A stretch of 64,000 bases of DNA from Mobula hypostoma (lineage: Eukaryota), in the NCBI RefSeq assembly GCF_963921235.1, contig NC_086118.1:22260001-22324000 (forward strand), written 5' to 3'. The position numbers were made by a program, and so were the translations under genes. The notes beneath the pieces are model-generated. The model worked only from the letters and a program-made list of their open reading frames with translations, was not told where the DNA came from and did not search any database. Below, one piece after another: positions 25,481-38,000 of the stretch. Position 1 is the stretch's first letter. Every line of letters starts with the position of its first letter.

Positions 25481-26571
25481 TTCCAAGAATAGTGAAGTAT
25501 TCAGCTCTTATGTGATGAAATCATAATTAGTGAAAACTGCTTCCTTAATCAATTCGACAAGGAGTTGGTGCAGCCCTCTTCCAAAGTAACCCTCGCAAAA
25601 GAAACGGAATGTTGTCAAAGACAAAAAGCATCATCTCTGATTTTGTTGTTTTTGATCTTTTCTGAGGTATGAAATTACCCAGGAGTTGCCATCTTCATCT
25701 TCGCTCTTTGGTGGACAGACCAAACTTGTCATTGCAAGCTGTCATGACCCTTCTTCGGGTTCATGAATGGGCCTTGACTGGGAGCACTGAAGAAACCATG
25801 GTAACTTCCTGTCATTTATCTAGTTAGATAGAGCAACTACAGCTGCAGAGTGAGTGGTAGAAAGACGTGTACACTTAAGCTATAAAATGTCCTGTGGTAA
25901 AGGTCACATTTTCAAAAGAGATAGTTGTTCTTTCTTTTATACTGCCCAGATGTCCATAAAGTGTGAACAGAATAATAGTCATAATGGGCCGGTCATTTTC
26001 CACTGTACCTTAAATATTCTTTTACCTGATTGACTTTCCTTGACTTGATAAGAATCTCTGTCTTTATCACTCTTTTATATGGATGGGTAGGAATGCATTA
26101 CATATCAACATAGACCCTTGAAACAGTACCACACCAATTGAGGAGCATATGTATCTAAACACAACAATACTTTTATCAGGTTCTATCCAAAGGACTTTCT
26201 ATCTGAAACAACTTAAAAATTAAAGGTATAAAGCATATTTGTGGTGAGAACTGAACATATGTGTATTTTTCTTCTGGAGGCTATATTAACACTGCCCACC
26301 GATATAAAAACATTGGCTGATGTCAAGCAGATAGGTTCCTTTTCGTACCGCTCCCCTGGTTGACTTTCTACCTCTCCAACCCCAGCATGGTTTTAGAGTT
26401 AAATCCAAGCATTCCACTCACTCTATTAGGGGTGTGTTGGTTGACTGTGTCTTCCCTGTACACTGATGCAAGCTGCTCTGGTGATGAACATTCCTAAATG
26501 GAAAACCTCTTTCACTACGGTTAGGAATTTGTAAGAGATAAAGATAATCTGAAAGCAGAGAGGAAATCGTG

Positions 26572-28247
26572 ACTCTACCACCACTCTCCTCCGTCTAGCG
26601 GAATTAGCCCTTACCCTTAATAATTTCTTGTTTGGCTCCTCCCACTTCCTCCAAACTAAAGGTGTAGCCATGGGCACCCGTATGGGTCCCAGCTATGCCT
26701 GCCTTTTTGTTAGCTTTGTGGAACAATCCATGTTCCAAGCCTATACTGGTATCTTCCCCCACTTTTCCTTTGCTACATCGACGACTGCATTGGCGCTGCT
26801 TCCTGCATGCATGCTGAGCTCATTGACATCATTAACTTTGCCTCCAACTTTCACCCTGCCCTCAAATTTACCTGGTCCATTTCTGACACCTCCCTCCCCT
26901 TTCTTGATCTTTCTGTCTCTATCTCTGAAGACAGCTTATCTACTGATGTCTACTGTAAGCCTATGGACTCTCACAGCTACCTGGGCTATTCCTCTTCCCA
27001 CCCTATCTCTTGCAAAAACGCCATCCCCTTCTCGCAATTCCTCCGTCTCTGCCGCATCTACTCTCAGGATGAGGCTTTTCATTCCAGGTCAAAGGAGGTG
27101 TCCTTCTTTTTTAAAGAAAGGAACTTCCCTTCCTCCACCACCAAATCTGTTCTCAAACGCATCTCTCCCATTTCACGCACATCTGCTCTCACCCCATCCT
27201 CCCGCCACCCCACTAGGGATAGGGTTCCCCTTGTCCTCACCTACCACCCCACCAGCCTCCGGGTCCATCATATAATTCTCCGTAACTTCCGCCACCTCCA
27301 ATGGGATCCAACCACTAAGCACATCTTTCCCTTCCCCCCCGCCCACCTTTTTGCTTTCCACAGGGATCGCTCCCTACGTGACTCCCTTGCCCATTCATTC
27401 CCCCCCCCATCCCTTCCCACCAATCTCCCTCCCAGCACTTATCCTTGTAAGCAGAACAAATGCTATATATCCCCTTACACTTCCTCCCTCACCACCATTC
27501 AGGGCCCCAGACAGTCCTTCCAGGTGAGGCGACACTTCACCTGTGAGTTGGCTGGTGTGATATACTGTATCCGGAGCTCACGGTGCGGCCTTCTATATAT
27601 TGGTGAGACCCGACGCAGACTGGGAGACCATTTCGCTGAACACCTACGCTCTGTCCGCTAGAGAAAGCAGGATCTCCCAGTGGCCACACATTTCAATTCC
27701 ACGTCCCATTCCTATCCTGATATATCTATCCATGGCCTCCTCTGCTGTCAAGATGAAGCCACACTCAGGTTGGAGGAACAGCATCTTATATTCCGTCTGG
27801 GTAACCCCCAACCTGATGGCATGAACATTGACTTCTCTAATTTCCGTTAATGCCCCACCTCCCCTTATACAGTATATACTTATTTATTTTTCCCCTTTCT
27901 TTCTCTCTCTTATTTCTTCCTCTGTCCCTCTCACTATATCTCCCTCTGATACTCCCCTCCCCTTTTCTCTCTCCCTAGGCCTCCCATCCCATGATCCTCT
28001 CCCTTCTGCAGTCTTGTATCTTCTTGCCAATCAACTTTCCAGCTCTTAGCTCCATCCTTCCCCCTCCTGTCTTCTCCTATCATTTCGGATCTCCCCCTCT
28101 CCCTCCCACTTTCAAATCTCTCACTATCTCTTCTTTCAGTTAGTCCTGACGAAGGGTCTCAGCCTGAAACGTTTGAAACGTCGACTGTACCTCTTCCTAT
28201 AGATGCTGCCTGGCCTGCTGTGTTCACCAGCATTTCGTGTGTGCTGC
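26572..28247 (+). mobile_element. Penelope-like element, 5'-truncated: RT C-terminal half, GIY-YIG endonuclease, pyrimidine-rich spacer and hammerhead-bearing terminal repeat
   Basis: QTKGVAMGTRMGPSYACLF, YIDD (frameshifted), LPFLDL, SSHP...IPFSQFLRLCRI and HFTC...VIYCI...CGLLYIGETRRRLGDHFAEH. TSD AGGAAATCGTG/AGGAAATAGTG at 26561-26571 and 28248-28258. Confidence 0.92.
28142..28187 (+). ncRNA. Type-I hammerhead ribozyme motif with stem III extended by a duplication
   Basis: AGTC-CTGACGA-AGGGTCTCAGCCT-GAAACGTTTGAAACGTC-GACT. Confidence 0.68.
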
Positions 28248-31200
28248 AGGAAATAGTGCTGTGGGTGGAGTAGGGGAGAGGGAGGCTCACTGGTCTGCTC
28301 TCTCCACTGTAGCAGCATATATTTGACTTGCTCTTGATTCAGCACTATTAATAAAAATTCAAAGTATTTTACTTGCATTTCCGTCTCAGAAAATGTATTA
28401 TTGGCTTCATATCATATTTTGATAAGACAGAAAGGATTTTTTCAGTCTCTCTAATCAACAGCAATTTTGCTGCACTGTCATTAAGTTGCTAACATTTCCC
28501 ATGAGGCACTGAGGTGATGTGGTGCCAGATTTCAACCAGCATGAGATCTGCATACCACAAGTGGCTGCAATCCCAACATCATAGCCTGCTACATAAACTT
28601 GGGGCCTAGCAACAAGTTTCTAGTTACTCTGAAGCAGCAACAAATGCAATGGCCGTGGCACGTGGCCAAGCCCGGCGCTGAAACGCTGAGCATTGCCGTC
28701 AAGAATGACATATCTATTCAGCTGGAGCCTGGCCAGCCAATTGTCGTGCATCAGTCCACCTGCCATGCCGCTCAGCATGGACCATGTGCAGCTGTAAGGG
28801 TGATTATAATCTGGTGTGTTACATGAGAACCCTGTCCTATGTCTACAATAAAAATAATACACTGTATAATCTTTAACAAACATTTATGGAAAAGGACTGC
28901 TCTTGTACTGCGCCAACTCCACAAATTAGTAATCCGACATCCTGGCAACAATATAGAGGTAAAAGATTGGTGACGATTCTTATAAGAACACTACACGACA
29001 AACAAGCTTCTACATTGCAGTGCACTATCAACTTTCTGGCTCATAATTACTGATCAATGCATATAAGTGTCCCTTTTATGATAGATTTGGAGCAATTATT
29101 AGAAGATTGGATTTCTGTGCATTTAGATTTTTGGGACAGAACCATATTTTGTCAATATTGCAAAAAACCCTGTGTTCCATACTCACCAGAGTGAACCTGA
29201 GGATCAATATCTTGTTAAATAATTCCATTATGTCAAGCAGTAACTTCTGGTCTTGTCAGCAGTACCCAGATCCCCATGAAACCTTTCTTTTTGTCACCCC
29301 TATAAGCATTCTTATATGTATCAGGCTTTGCCATGGGTTATCAAGGCCTTGCCCTTTACATCAAAAATGCTGGTCATTAACGTGGATGCATTACCTGCAA
29401 TTTTGATCTGTTGCTATGCCATTTTGGAAAAAAAATGCTTTCCAAGATTAACAAAGATTTTTTTTTTGCAAACCCTAACAGTGGAAACATCGCAAGACTA
29501 GGAACTGGTAAACATTTCATTATGATTAGATTTAAAAATTTAACAAGTGCACAACATGTGGTGCAGACAGCAATACACAGAGAACAGACGCCTCTAGTGC
29601 TGTGCTGCGACCAAAGCAGTCACATGGAATTAGAATGACTGAGTGAAAGATGCCACAATTTTAATTAATTATTTTTTTCATTGAAATTCATTTCTAAGTG
29701 AAACCATCTGAAACTAACTTTCATGTAAAACTTCCAAGTTAAAAATACAGTGCATGTTGTTGATAGATAGAAATATTTTTTAAGAATACCAGTATGCAAT
29801 GTATATGGAGCCATAGCTCTCCAGAGTGCATCTTTATAACTTGTCATCTAATGAAAGATGTAACAATAATGTCAGTTCTGATCACCATCAACTTTATATG
29901 TACAGGTATGACAATAAAATGGATGAATCAAATGAAGAAAAGAGTTTCGAAGTAAAATCTGTGAACTCTCTTAGTCCTGCTGGAAAGTTTGAACCTTACC
30001 TTTACATTTTTTGTTACCACAAAGTAAGTGCTATAATGAAGAGGATTGAATACTCCCTTCCCCCTTGGTTGCTGCCAGAGGGAATGCTCAAAGAAGTTAA
30101 ATCACTGAAGCTATTCATTGTGGGATTTCTTCGCAAGATGAACATTTCAGCCAAAGATGTCTGTGTGGTTTTGAAAGCGAATGTTTACTTTCTTCCATTC
30201 ATTTCCACTGTACTTTAATCTAGCTTCTGTAGTAGTTCAATACGTAATTCCCTGATCCGAGAATGTATGACAGTTGCAGTAATAAAAATGAGAAAGGACA
30301 GATACGGAGCAGTAAAGTGGAAAAACTGGCAGGTTCAGTGTTTTCTTTCAGGATATAGTGAAGTGGTTTTAAAATATCTTTTGTCCCAACTATAATTTAT
30401 AACAATTACTACATTAAGCAAGCAGCCAAGACAAACTGATACAGATAAAACATAGATTCGACCATTCCATGTCATCTGATCATGTGGTAATTACAACAGA
30501 AGGCTTTCTGGCAAAACAGCTTGTACTGCTTGCTTTCCAGCAGCATGCATTATGTGGGACTTAATAATCCTACAGATAATGAAGAGCTTTATTTTTAGTT
30601 TTTATTTTATTTATTTTAGTGATACAGTGAGTAGGCCCTTCTGGCACTTTGAGCCACGTTCCCTAGCAACCCCACATCTCTGATTCATCCTAACCATAGA
30701 AGTTGATTCCACTGGTGTTTGGTAAATATTTACAGTGAGTATAATTTGGATCTGCTGGAATAATACTATGAATTGTTAAAGCCTCTTCAGGTACAAGATA
30801 AATAAATATCTATCAGGTGAGTGCACTTCTGCTCTGGAAAACCAACTTATTTCACTAACTCACCTTCTGCTCACCCTCCATTGCTCCTCAGTTTCATGGA
30901 ACTCCTCATGAACTCAAGAGTTCTCTGAAACACTCCAGCTTTTCAACTGTAAAGAGCTTTGAAACCTTCAGATGTTGCGAAGTGTGTTATTTCAATGTAA
31001 ACCTTCAATTTTACTGTTGAATATGAGAACAGTCAGAGTATTGCCATCATTAGTATCACATTTAGCTATTGGTCGAAACAAATTTCTTTCACCTCTGGTT
31101 CTCCTTTGCAAGTAATTTTCCCCTTCATCTGTACTCCCCTCTTCTCCCTTAGATTCCTATTCACTTTTGATTTACAAAATATAATTTGCTTATAATATAT

Positions 31201-31289
31201 AAAAATATATTTGCTTCATAATATATAAAGTAAATACAGCCAGGATATGTCTTTCTTTACCTTCATTCAACTATCAGTTCATTAACTGG

Positions 31290-31612
31290 CAACATGTTTT
31301 CCAATAGTGGGGAGTCTAGTATCAGAGGGCAGAACCTCAGAGTAGAAGCATGTCTTTTTAGAACAGAGACAAGGAAGGCTTCCGTTAACCAGAAGGAATC
31401 TGTGGGATGCATTGCTTCAGCCCTGAATGGAGGCCAAGTGATTGGATATATTTAAAGCGGAAGCTGATAATTCTTGATTAGTGAGGGCGTCAAAGGTTAT
31501 GGGAGAAGGCAGGAGAATAGAATCGAGAGTGAAAATAAATCAGCCATGATCAAATAATGGAGCTAATTCTATGGGCTGAATGGCCTAATTCTGCTGCCAT
31601 GTCTTATTATTT
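31290..31612 (+). mobile_element. CR1 3' end fragment
   Basis: Similar to 22775-23027 joined to 23717-23790. Confidence 0.7.
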
Positions 31613-32869
31613 TAATCCATTTCCTTACAGCACATCAAAATCATTCATGTTTCTTCCTAAAACAACACAATCCATCTTGGATCTGAGAGAGTGTTAATAG
31701 GACTCAGTCCCTCAATGCTCAGAGGTAGCATAACCCTGGACTATGGTTGTTCCCCACAAAAGCTTTAAGATACCTGTACCTGGTATTCCTGCAGTCTGCC
31801 ATGTGCGGTCAACAGCATTCACATCCACCCATCTGGATACACTGGGTGACCAACAAGTTTTGGGCAGACCAAATTGTGTTGTGTACCGAGCGGGCAACCT
31901 TCCAGTAGCAGTTGGTATTTGGCTCAGTATGTGCCACTGGCAACAGCCTATTGATTATAGGATCCTCTATTTTACAGCTGCATGGGTCAAACTTCGACAA
32001 GAATACAGTAGCAAGTTCTTCCGTACAGCCATCACCTGTGATTAAATGTTTATCAATTTACAGTATTGTGCATATTTGCAAAGATGGTGCTATATACAAA
32101 GGTGAAGAAACCAATTAGAGCTCTATTTTTAACAGTTCATCTTTTTAGTTTTAGACAAAGTCCTTTGTCACTCAATTGATTCAGGTCAAATGATTTAAAA
32201 TTGTAGGTATGAAACTTTACCAAAGGAAGGTATGTTGTTGCAGTTTCCAATGGGACTGAACAGGACACAAGAATATTTGAAAAAATACTTCGTTAAGAAT
32301 TGTTCTGGGGCCCCAAGAAAGAAACAGAACTTATCTTATAACTATGTGATAAAATAATTTGAATTGTTGATGCACAGGTAAGAAACCGGCTGTCAAAAAA
32401 CTTTTTAAACTTGAACATTCTTCAGCTGTCATTAACGTTTCTGAGGTAGTGACTATTGAGCCAACAATGAATAGTGAGAGGGAATAGTTTTAACTATTAC
32501 TTTTTTACTTAAATTTATGTTCATTGTCAATGATTTTCCTTTGAGCAACTGAAAGATTTATTTAATACTTGTCTGTGATTCAGTTCCCAGTGTGTTTTCA
32601 TGGCAATTGTACCACAGTCTTCTGTTTTGGCCCAGTTTCAATTCAACACTTTCAACAGTGGATCTGAGGCATCTGTAGCAAGTTTTGAAGGAAGGATGCT
32701 GTTTAACCAAATAGGTGCTGACCGAAGTTGGAAGAATAAAACAGCTCTAAGTTACATTTAAATCAATTTGAAGAAAGTAAGCTAAAACTGGACAAACAAA
32801 TTGAATTAAAACCTGTATTTTATTTTATTTAAGGAAACTGCAATCCTAATTATCTTTCGAAAGAATGTA

Positions 32870-35083
32870 AACTTTATTATAATTTTTTCTCAGTTCCAGC
32901 TGGTAAAACCTGACATATGGGCATAACCAAGCACATTCATTTTTCAATTGCTAGGAACTTTTGGACTATTCCAGTGCTGTTTAATATTGTGTATTTTTGG
33001 AAATTTATATACTGTAAATAATGCTGTGTAAGCCTAATTGTTTAATATAACTGTGCAGTGACTTCTGGATGATACTATTCAGACAATGTGTACCCTGTTC
33101 ATGTTCCATTGTCTTTCAATTTCCTCTTTTAAATCAGAATATTTCTGTGTTTTTCACTTGATTTCTGTAATATTATATTTGGTTATTATGGATTGCCCTA
33201 TCTGTAATAATAGATTGGTCGTAATATAATTTGTAGGACTCTAATTCTAAAAGTGCATCATGCTTGTATTTAAAGTAAGGTATGGTGTCTTTTGTGAATT
33301 TGTATTTTAAGACAAGATTTTGGTGAGTAATATTTGTCTCTTGATTTGCCTGTGTAAGTAATTAGATTGAGTTAAACTGCTAAGGATCATGTAATGTGTC
33401 GGATTATTTCTAGTTTCTCTCGGCATTTTATGCATTTATCATCTTGAATTTGTTAGTCTTCTATTATGTATTGTTGATAATTTTTTGCACAAGGAGTCAT
33501 GCCACAGGGAATGAGGTTTCTGGGAAGAGGTCTCCAACTCTGAGCCAGGCGTTCGACACTTCCTTGTCAATGACTCAGGTCATGGGGATGCCTTCCATTG
33601 AGACTCATGCTCTTCCATTAGTTAATTTTTTTTCTTCTGCAGTGCTATTGTCTTCAGTTTTCTTCTGCAGAGATAATGTCTTTATTTTTCTGAGTTGTGC
33701 TTTCACTTAAGTTTAGTGGTTTGTACTTCTTATCACTCCATGTATATGCTTGTGTGGAAAACTGAATCCTCTTTTCGATGACAAAGCTTCATCTGGTTCT
33801 GGTGTAATTTATCATTTTAGTTCTTATTTCTCTTTGTAAATTTTCCAGAGCAGTTTTGGATCAAGATAGTATGCCAAAAGAATGCATTAATACAGCTATA
33901 GTAGAAGTGTTTATTACCTTTGTTATATTTTCATTATTGAGTTCTGTTTGGCAGATTTTCTTAAGCTTTGAAGTAAATTCTGTTGAAAGTTTTCCCTTTA
34001 TCAAACTATGATCTATTTACTTTGCTTGCTGTTATCCCGGATACTTATGTGTTTCATATTCATCCATTGGTTGTATTGTATCCTGCTGCTCTGTTTTATA
34101 TTTTACTAGCTCTATTGCACCTTTTTTTACGTTTATTGTTCTGAACTTATCTAGTCCAAAGTTCATGTTTATATGTTTAGAAAATAGTTCTACTATTTGA
34201 ATTAATTGCTTTAACTTTACCGACGAAGGAGCGCATAATTTCAAATCATCCATGTATGGAAGGTGTGTCATGGTATAATGTGTTTGGTTGTATCTGATTT
34301 GATACCCTATCTTCATCCGATTCAGTAAATTAGAGAATGGGTTTAAAGCTAGAGAATACCACAGAGGGCTTAGAAAGTCGCCCAGAAAATTGACTTAGGT
34401 TATTTTGATAACGATGGTTGTTGCTTTTTGGCTGTTAATAGACAGGGTGATTACAGTACACCAATGCTTCATTAGAAGTTGCAGGAATTCCACAAGTATT
34501 GGGTACAGTTTCTATATATTAAGAACTTTTATTAACCATGCGTGTGGGACAGAGTCAAATGCCTTTTGGTAGTCAATATAGCAACATGAAAGATACCTAT
34601 TTTTCCACTAGACTTGATTTTGAATTACAGAATCTATTATCAGTTGTTCTTTATATCCATTCATACCCTTACAGTATTCTTTCTGCTCTTCTGTAAGCAT
34701 ACTGTCGTTATCTAAATGAGTGGTGATTCGTTGCAAGATGCACGATGTTGCAATTTTATATATAGTTTGTAAACAAGTAATAGGATGATATTTTGATGGA
34801 TCTTTTGCGATTTTTCCTTTAGGTGAGAGATATTCTTATCTTCTGTCAAAATTTGAGCACCGTTTCAGTATTTTTAAGAAAATCATTGATATTTATTACT
34901 GGGTGCAGATGAAGACAAGTAAACCTTAATACCAAAAGTTATGATTAATAATATCTGCCGGTACTTTTTCAGTTGAGGGTATTTTTTATAGCAACTTTTA
35001 ACATGCACATTGTACTTAGAGTTTTTCATCTCTTCACTTGTGTGAACACATTCTTTTTCTTCCCATATCCAGCTTGCTTCTTT
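32870..35083 (-). mobile_element. R4/Dong-like element copy (RT and RLE, degraded)
   Basis: ORF 34032..34316 has THLPYMDDLKL...INMNFGLDK. The minus strand also gives YIDYQKAFDSVPHAWL (about 34540-34585) and DFLSPLWYSLALNP. The 3' UTR matches 11820-11920. Confidence 0.85.
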
Positions 35084-38000
35084 ATTAATATTATTATTAT
35101 TATTGTTAAAACACTTTTTTTCTCAGCTCTAGCTGGTAAAACTTGAGGTATGGGCATAGACAAACACACTCATTTCTCAATTGTTAGGAACTTTTGGACT
35201 ACTCTAGTGGTGTTTAGTATTGTGGCTTTCTGAAGATTTACATAGATATTGCTGTGTGCCCTTATTGTTTAATGCTATTGTGTAGTGTCTTTGCGATGAT
35301 CCCAGTTGTAGATATTACTATTGGGACAATGTATACCCTGTTCATGTTCTACAGTTTTTCCAAATTCCTCTTTTAATTCTGCATATTTCTGGTGCTTTTC
35401 ACATATTGATTTCTGTATGTTATCTAAATATATTGTGATTATCTAAGTGAGTGGTGATCAGTTGTGAGATGCATGATGTTACAATTTTATATATAGTTTG
35501 TAAACAAATAATGGGACTATATTTTCATTGATCCTTTGTGATTTCTCTTTTATGAAAAAGATACGTTTTACCTGCCGTCAAAAATTCAGGCATTTTTTCC
35601 AGGATTTTTCAGAAAACTGCTGATATGCATGAATAGGTACGAATGAAGGCAAATAAATTTTTATACTATTAATTTGAAGTGCTATTCCATCCCAGTGGAT
35701 GAGGATGAGATTGCTTCACCAAGCACAGATGATGTGGCCTTTTCAACCACTGATTCACAAGCCACAGCGATTCACTCTGGAGAGAGTCATCATATTCCAG
35801 GTCAGACAAGAGATAACCCAGGTGAGGTTTCAGACCACAGTACCCAAGTAGATCCTTCGCATGATGGCGGTGGTGCAGAGGTAGAGAAGAAGAGGAAGGT
35901 CAAGTGGCCAGCAATGGCAGATGAGAAGGCTTAGCTTTGTATTTGATGAGGATATCAGTATGATGTTGGAGAACACTCTCAGGGGAACATCAAAGGAAAA
36001 GTTGGAAGTGATGGGCAATATGATTTACAATGTTGGAAAGTACAGGTTTGGTTTGGTTGAGTTGAAGAAAGCATAGTCTACGCAGCAACCAAGCGGGCGC
36101 CAGAAGGAGATTAGTAGGTTGAGGAGAGAGCTCAGATCGTTGAGACAGAGGCGGAAGGTAGCAAGTGAGGGTGACAAGCCGGGGCTCGCTGATCTCCAAG
36201 AGCATTTTCGAATAAAGTTAGCATCACTCCATCGTGCAGAGTCACAACGTAAAAAGAGAAAGAAGAGAGAGAAGGTAAGAAAGTTGTTCTTTAAGAACCC
36301 TCATGAGTTCACAAAGAAACTGTTTGAACAAAGTAAGAGCGGGCAGCATAACATCTCTCAACAAGAACTTGAGGATCACCTGGCAAGCACTTATTCTAAC
36401 AAACAGCAGGAAGCTCCTTTGCTTGACATTTCATGGCTTGTGAAACCTACCAAGCCAGGAGTGAAGTTCGATCTGTCAGAACCCAAAATGGCAGAAGTCG
36501 AACGGTTCATCAGAAAGGCAAGGTCAGGCTCAGTGCCAGGAAGGACCTAATGGAGTGTCGTACAAGGTGTTCAAGAAGTGTGAACAGCTGAGGAAATGCT
36601 TGTGGAGATTGTTAAAGGTGGTGTGGAGACAAGGTGTTGTTCCTTTGTCATGGAGTGAGGCTGAAGCAGTATGCATCCCGAAGGAAGAGTATTCTTCTAC
36701 ATTGAATCAGTCCCGACCAATTTCACTCCTGAATGTAGAGGGGAAGATTATGTTTGGCATTCTGGCAGAAAGAATATCTTCATTTGTGATAGAGAATGGA
36801 TTAGTAAATACCTCTGTGCAGAAGGCAGGAGTACCAGGCTTCCCAGGATGCCTTGAACATACTAGCATGATATGGCATACCATCCAGGAGTCAAAAAGGT
36901 TGAGAAGAAAGCTGGCTGTAGTTTGGCTTGATTTGGCAAATGCGTATGGTTCTGTTCCCCATGTCCTAATTGAGTTTGCGATGGAACTCCTATGGATTCC
37001 TGCTAAGGTGAGGAACTTTGTTATGCAGTACTACAACGATTTCCGGATGAGGTTTTCCACTCAGCAGTTTACAACTAGGTGGCAGAGCTTGGATGTTGGA
37101 ATCCCAATGGGATGTGCAATTTCCCCCATCCTTTTTGTGTTAGCCATGGAGGTTATTGTGAGGACTGCAGAATCAGTGGGACCAAGTGTTGCACTTGGTG
37201 GCGGAGAGGAGTTACCACCAATACAAGCGTTCATGGACGATCTTACCCTTTTGGGTCCCAGCACGGAGGCAGTGGAAAATGTACTATCTAGTCTCGAGGA
37301 GCTAATGGATTGAGGAAGAATGACGTTCAAGACCAAGAAGTCAAGGAGCCTTGTTCCTAGGAGAGGAAAGCTGATTGACTTTCATTTCACCTGTTGTGGA
37401 GAGGAGATTCCATCCATTCAGGACCAACCAGTTAAGAGCCTTGGGCGATGGTACACAGAGGAGCTGAGAGACACCAAGAGGGTTCAAGAAACAGGAGAAC
37501 GGATCAGCAGAGGTTTGATGTCTGTTGACAAGTGTGGCTTGCCTGGCAAGTTGAAGTTGTGGTGCTTGCAGTACGGACTGATGCCACGGATAATGTGGCC
37601 ACTAACTGTTTATGAAGTGGCAATGTCTTATGTTGAGGCAATGGAATGGAAGATCAACAAGTATGTGAAGAAGTGACTTGGAGTACCGAGTAGCCTTACC
37701 GATGTTGCAATCCACAGTTGCCAGACAAAGCTTACCATCCCAGTGCAATCCCTTGTTGAGGAGGTCAAGGTAGCCAAGGTAAGATCATTCTTGATGCATC
37801 GAGACTCAAAAGACCCTGTCATCAAGAACACTCAGCCAGATGTGAGATCAGGCAGGAAGTGGTCAGCCCGTGTCGCAGTTGATGAGGTAGAATCTAGATT
37901 GAAGCACAAGGAGACGGTTGGGGCTATCCAGCTAGGCCGCCAGGAACTTGGATGGACAACCCACAAGTGGTGGTCATCTTCTACAGGTAAGGATCGCTGT

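Noticed and set aside
25683..25800. Possible 118-nt plus-strand exon with one open frame
   Set aside because: Weak acceptor (AAATTACCCAG) and an unrecognised peptide.
31743..32118. Overlapping ORFs and a possible minus-strand exon (DGCTEELATVFLSKFDPCSCK...)
   Set aside because: No recognisable domain, weak splice context, and no partner exons found.
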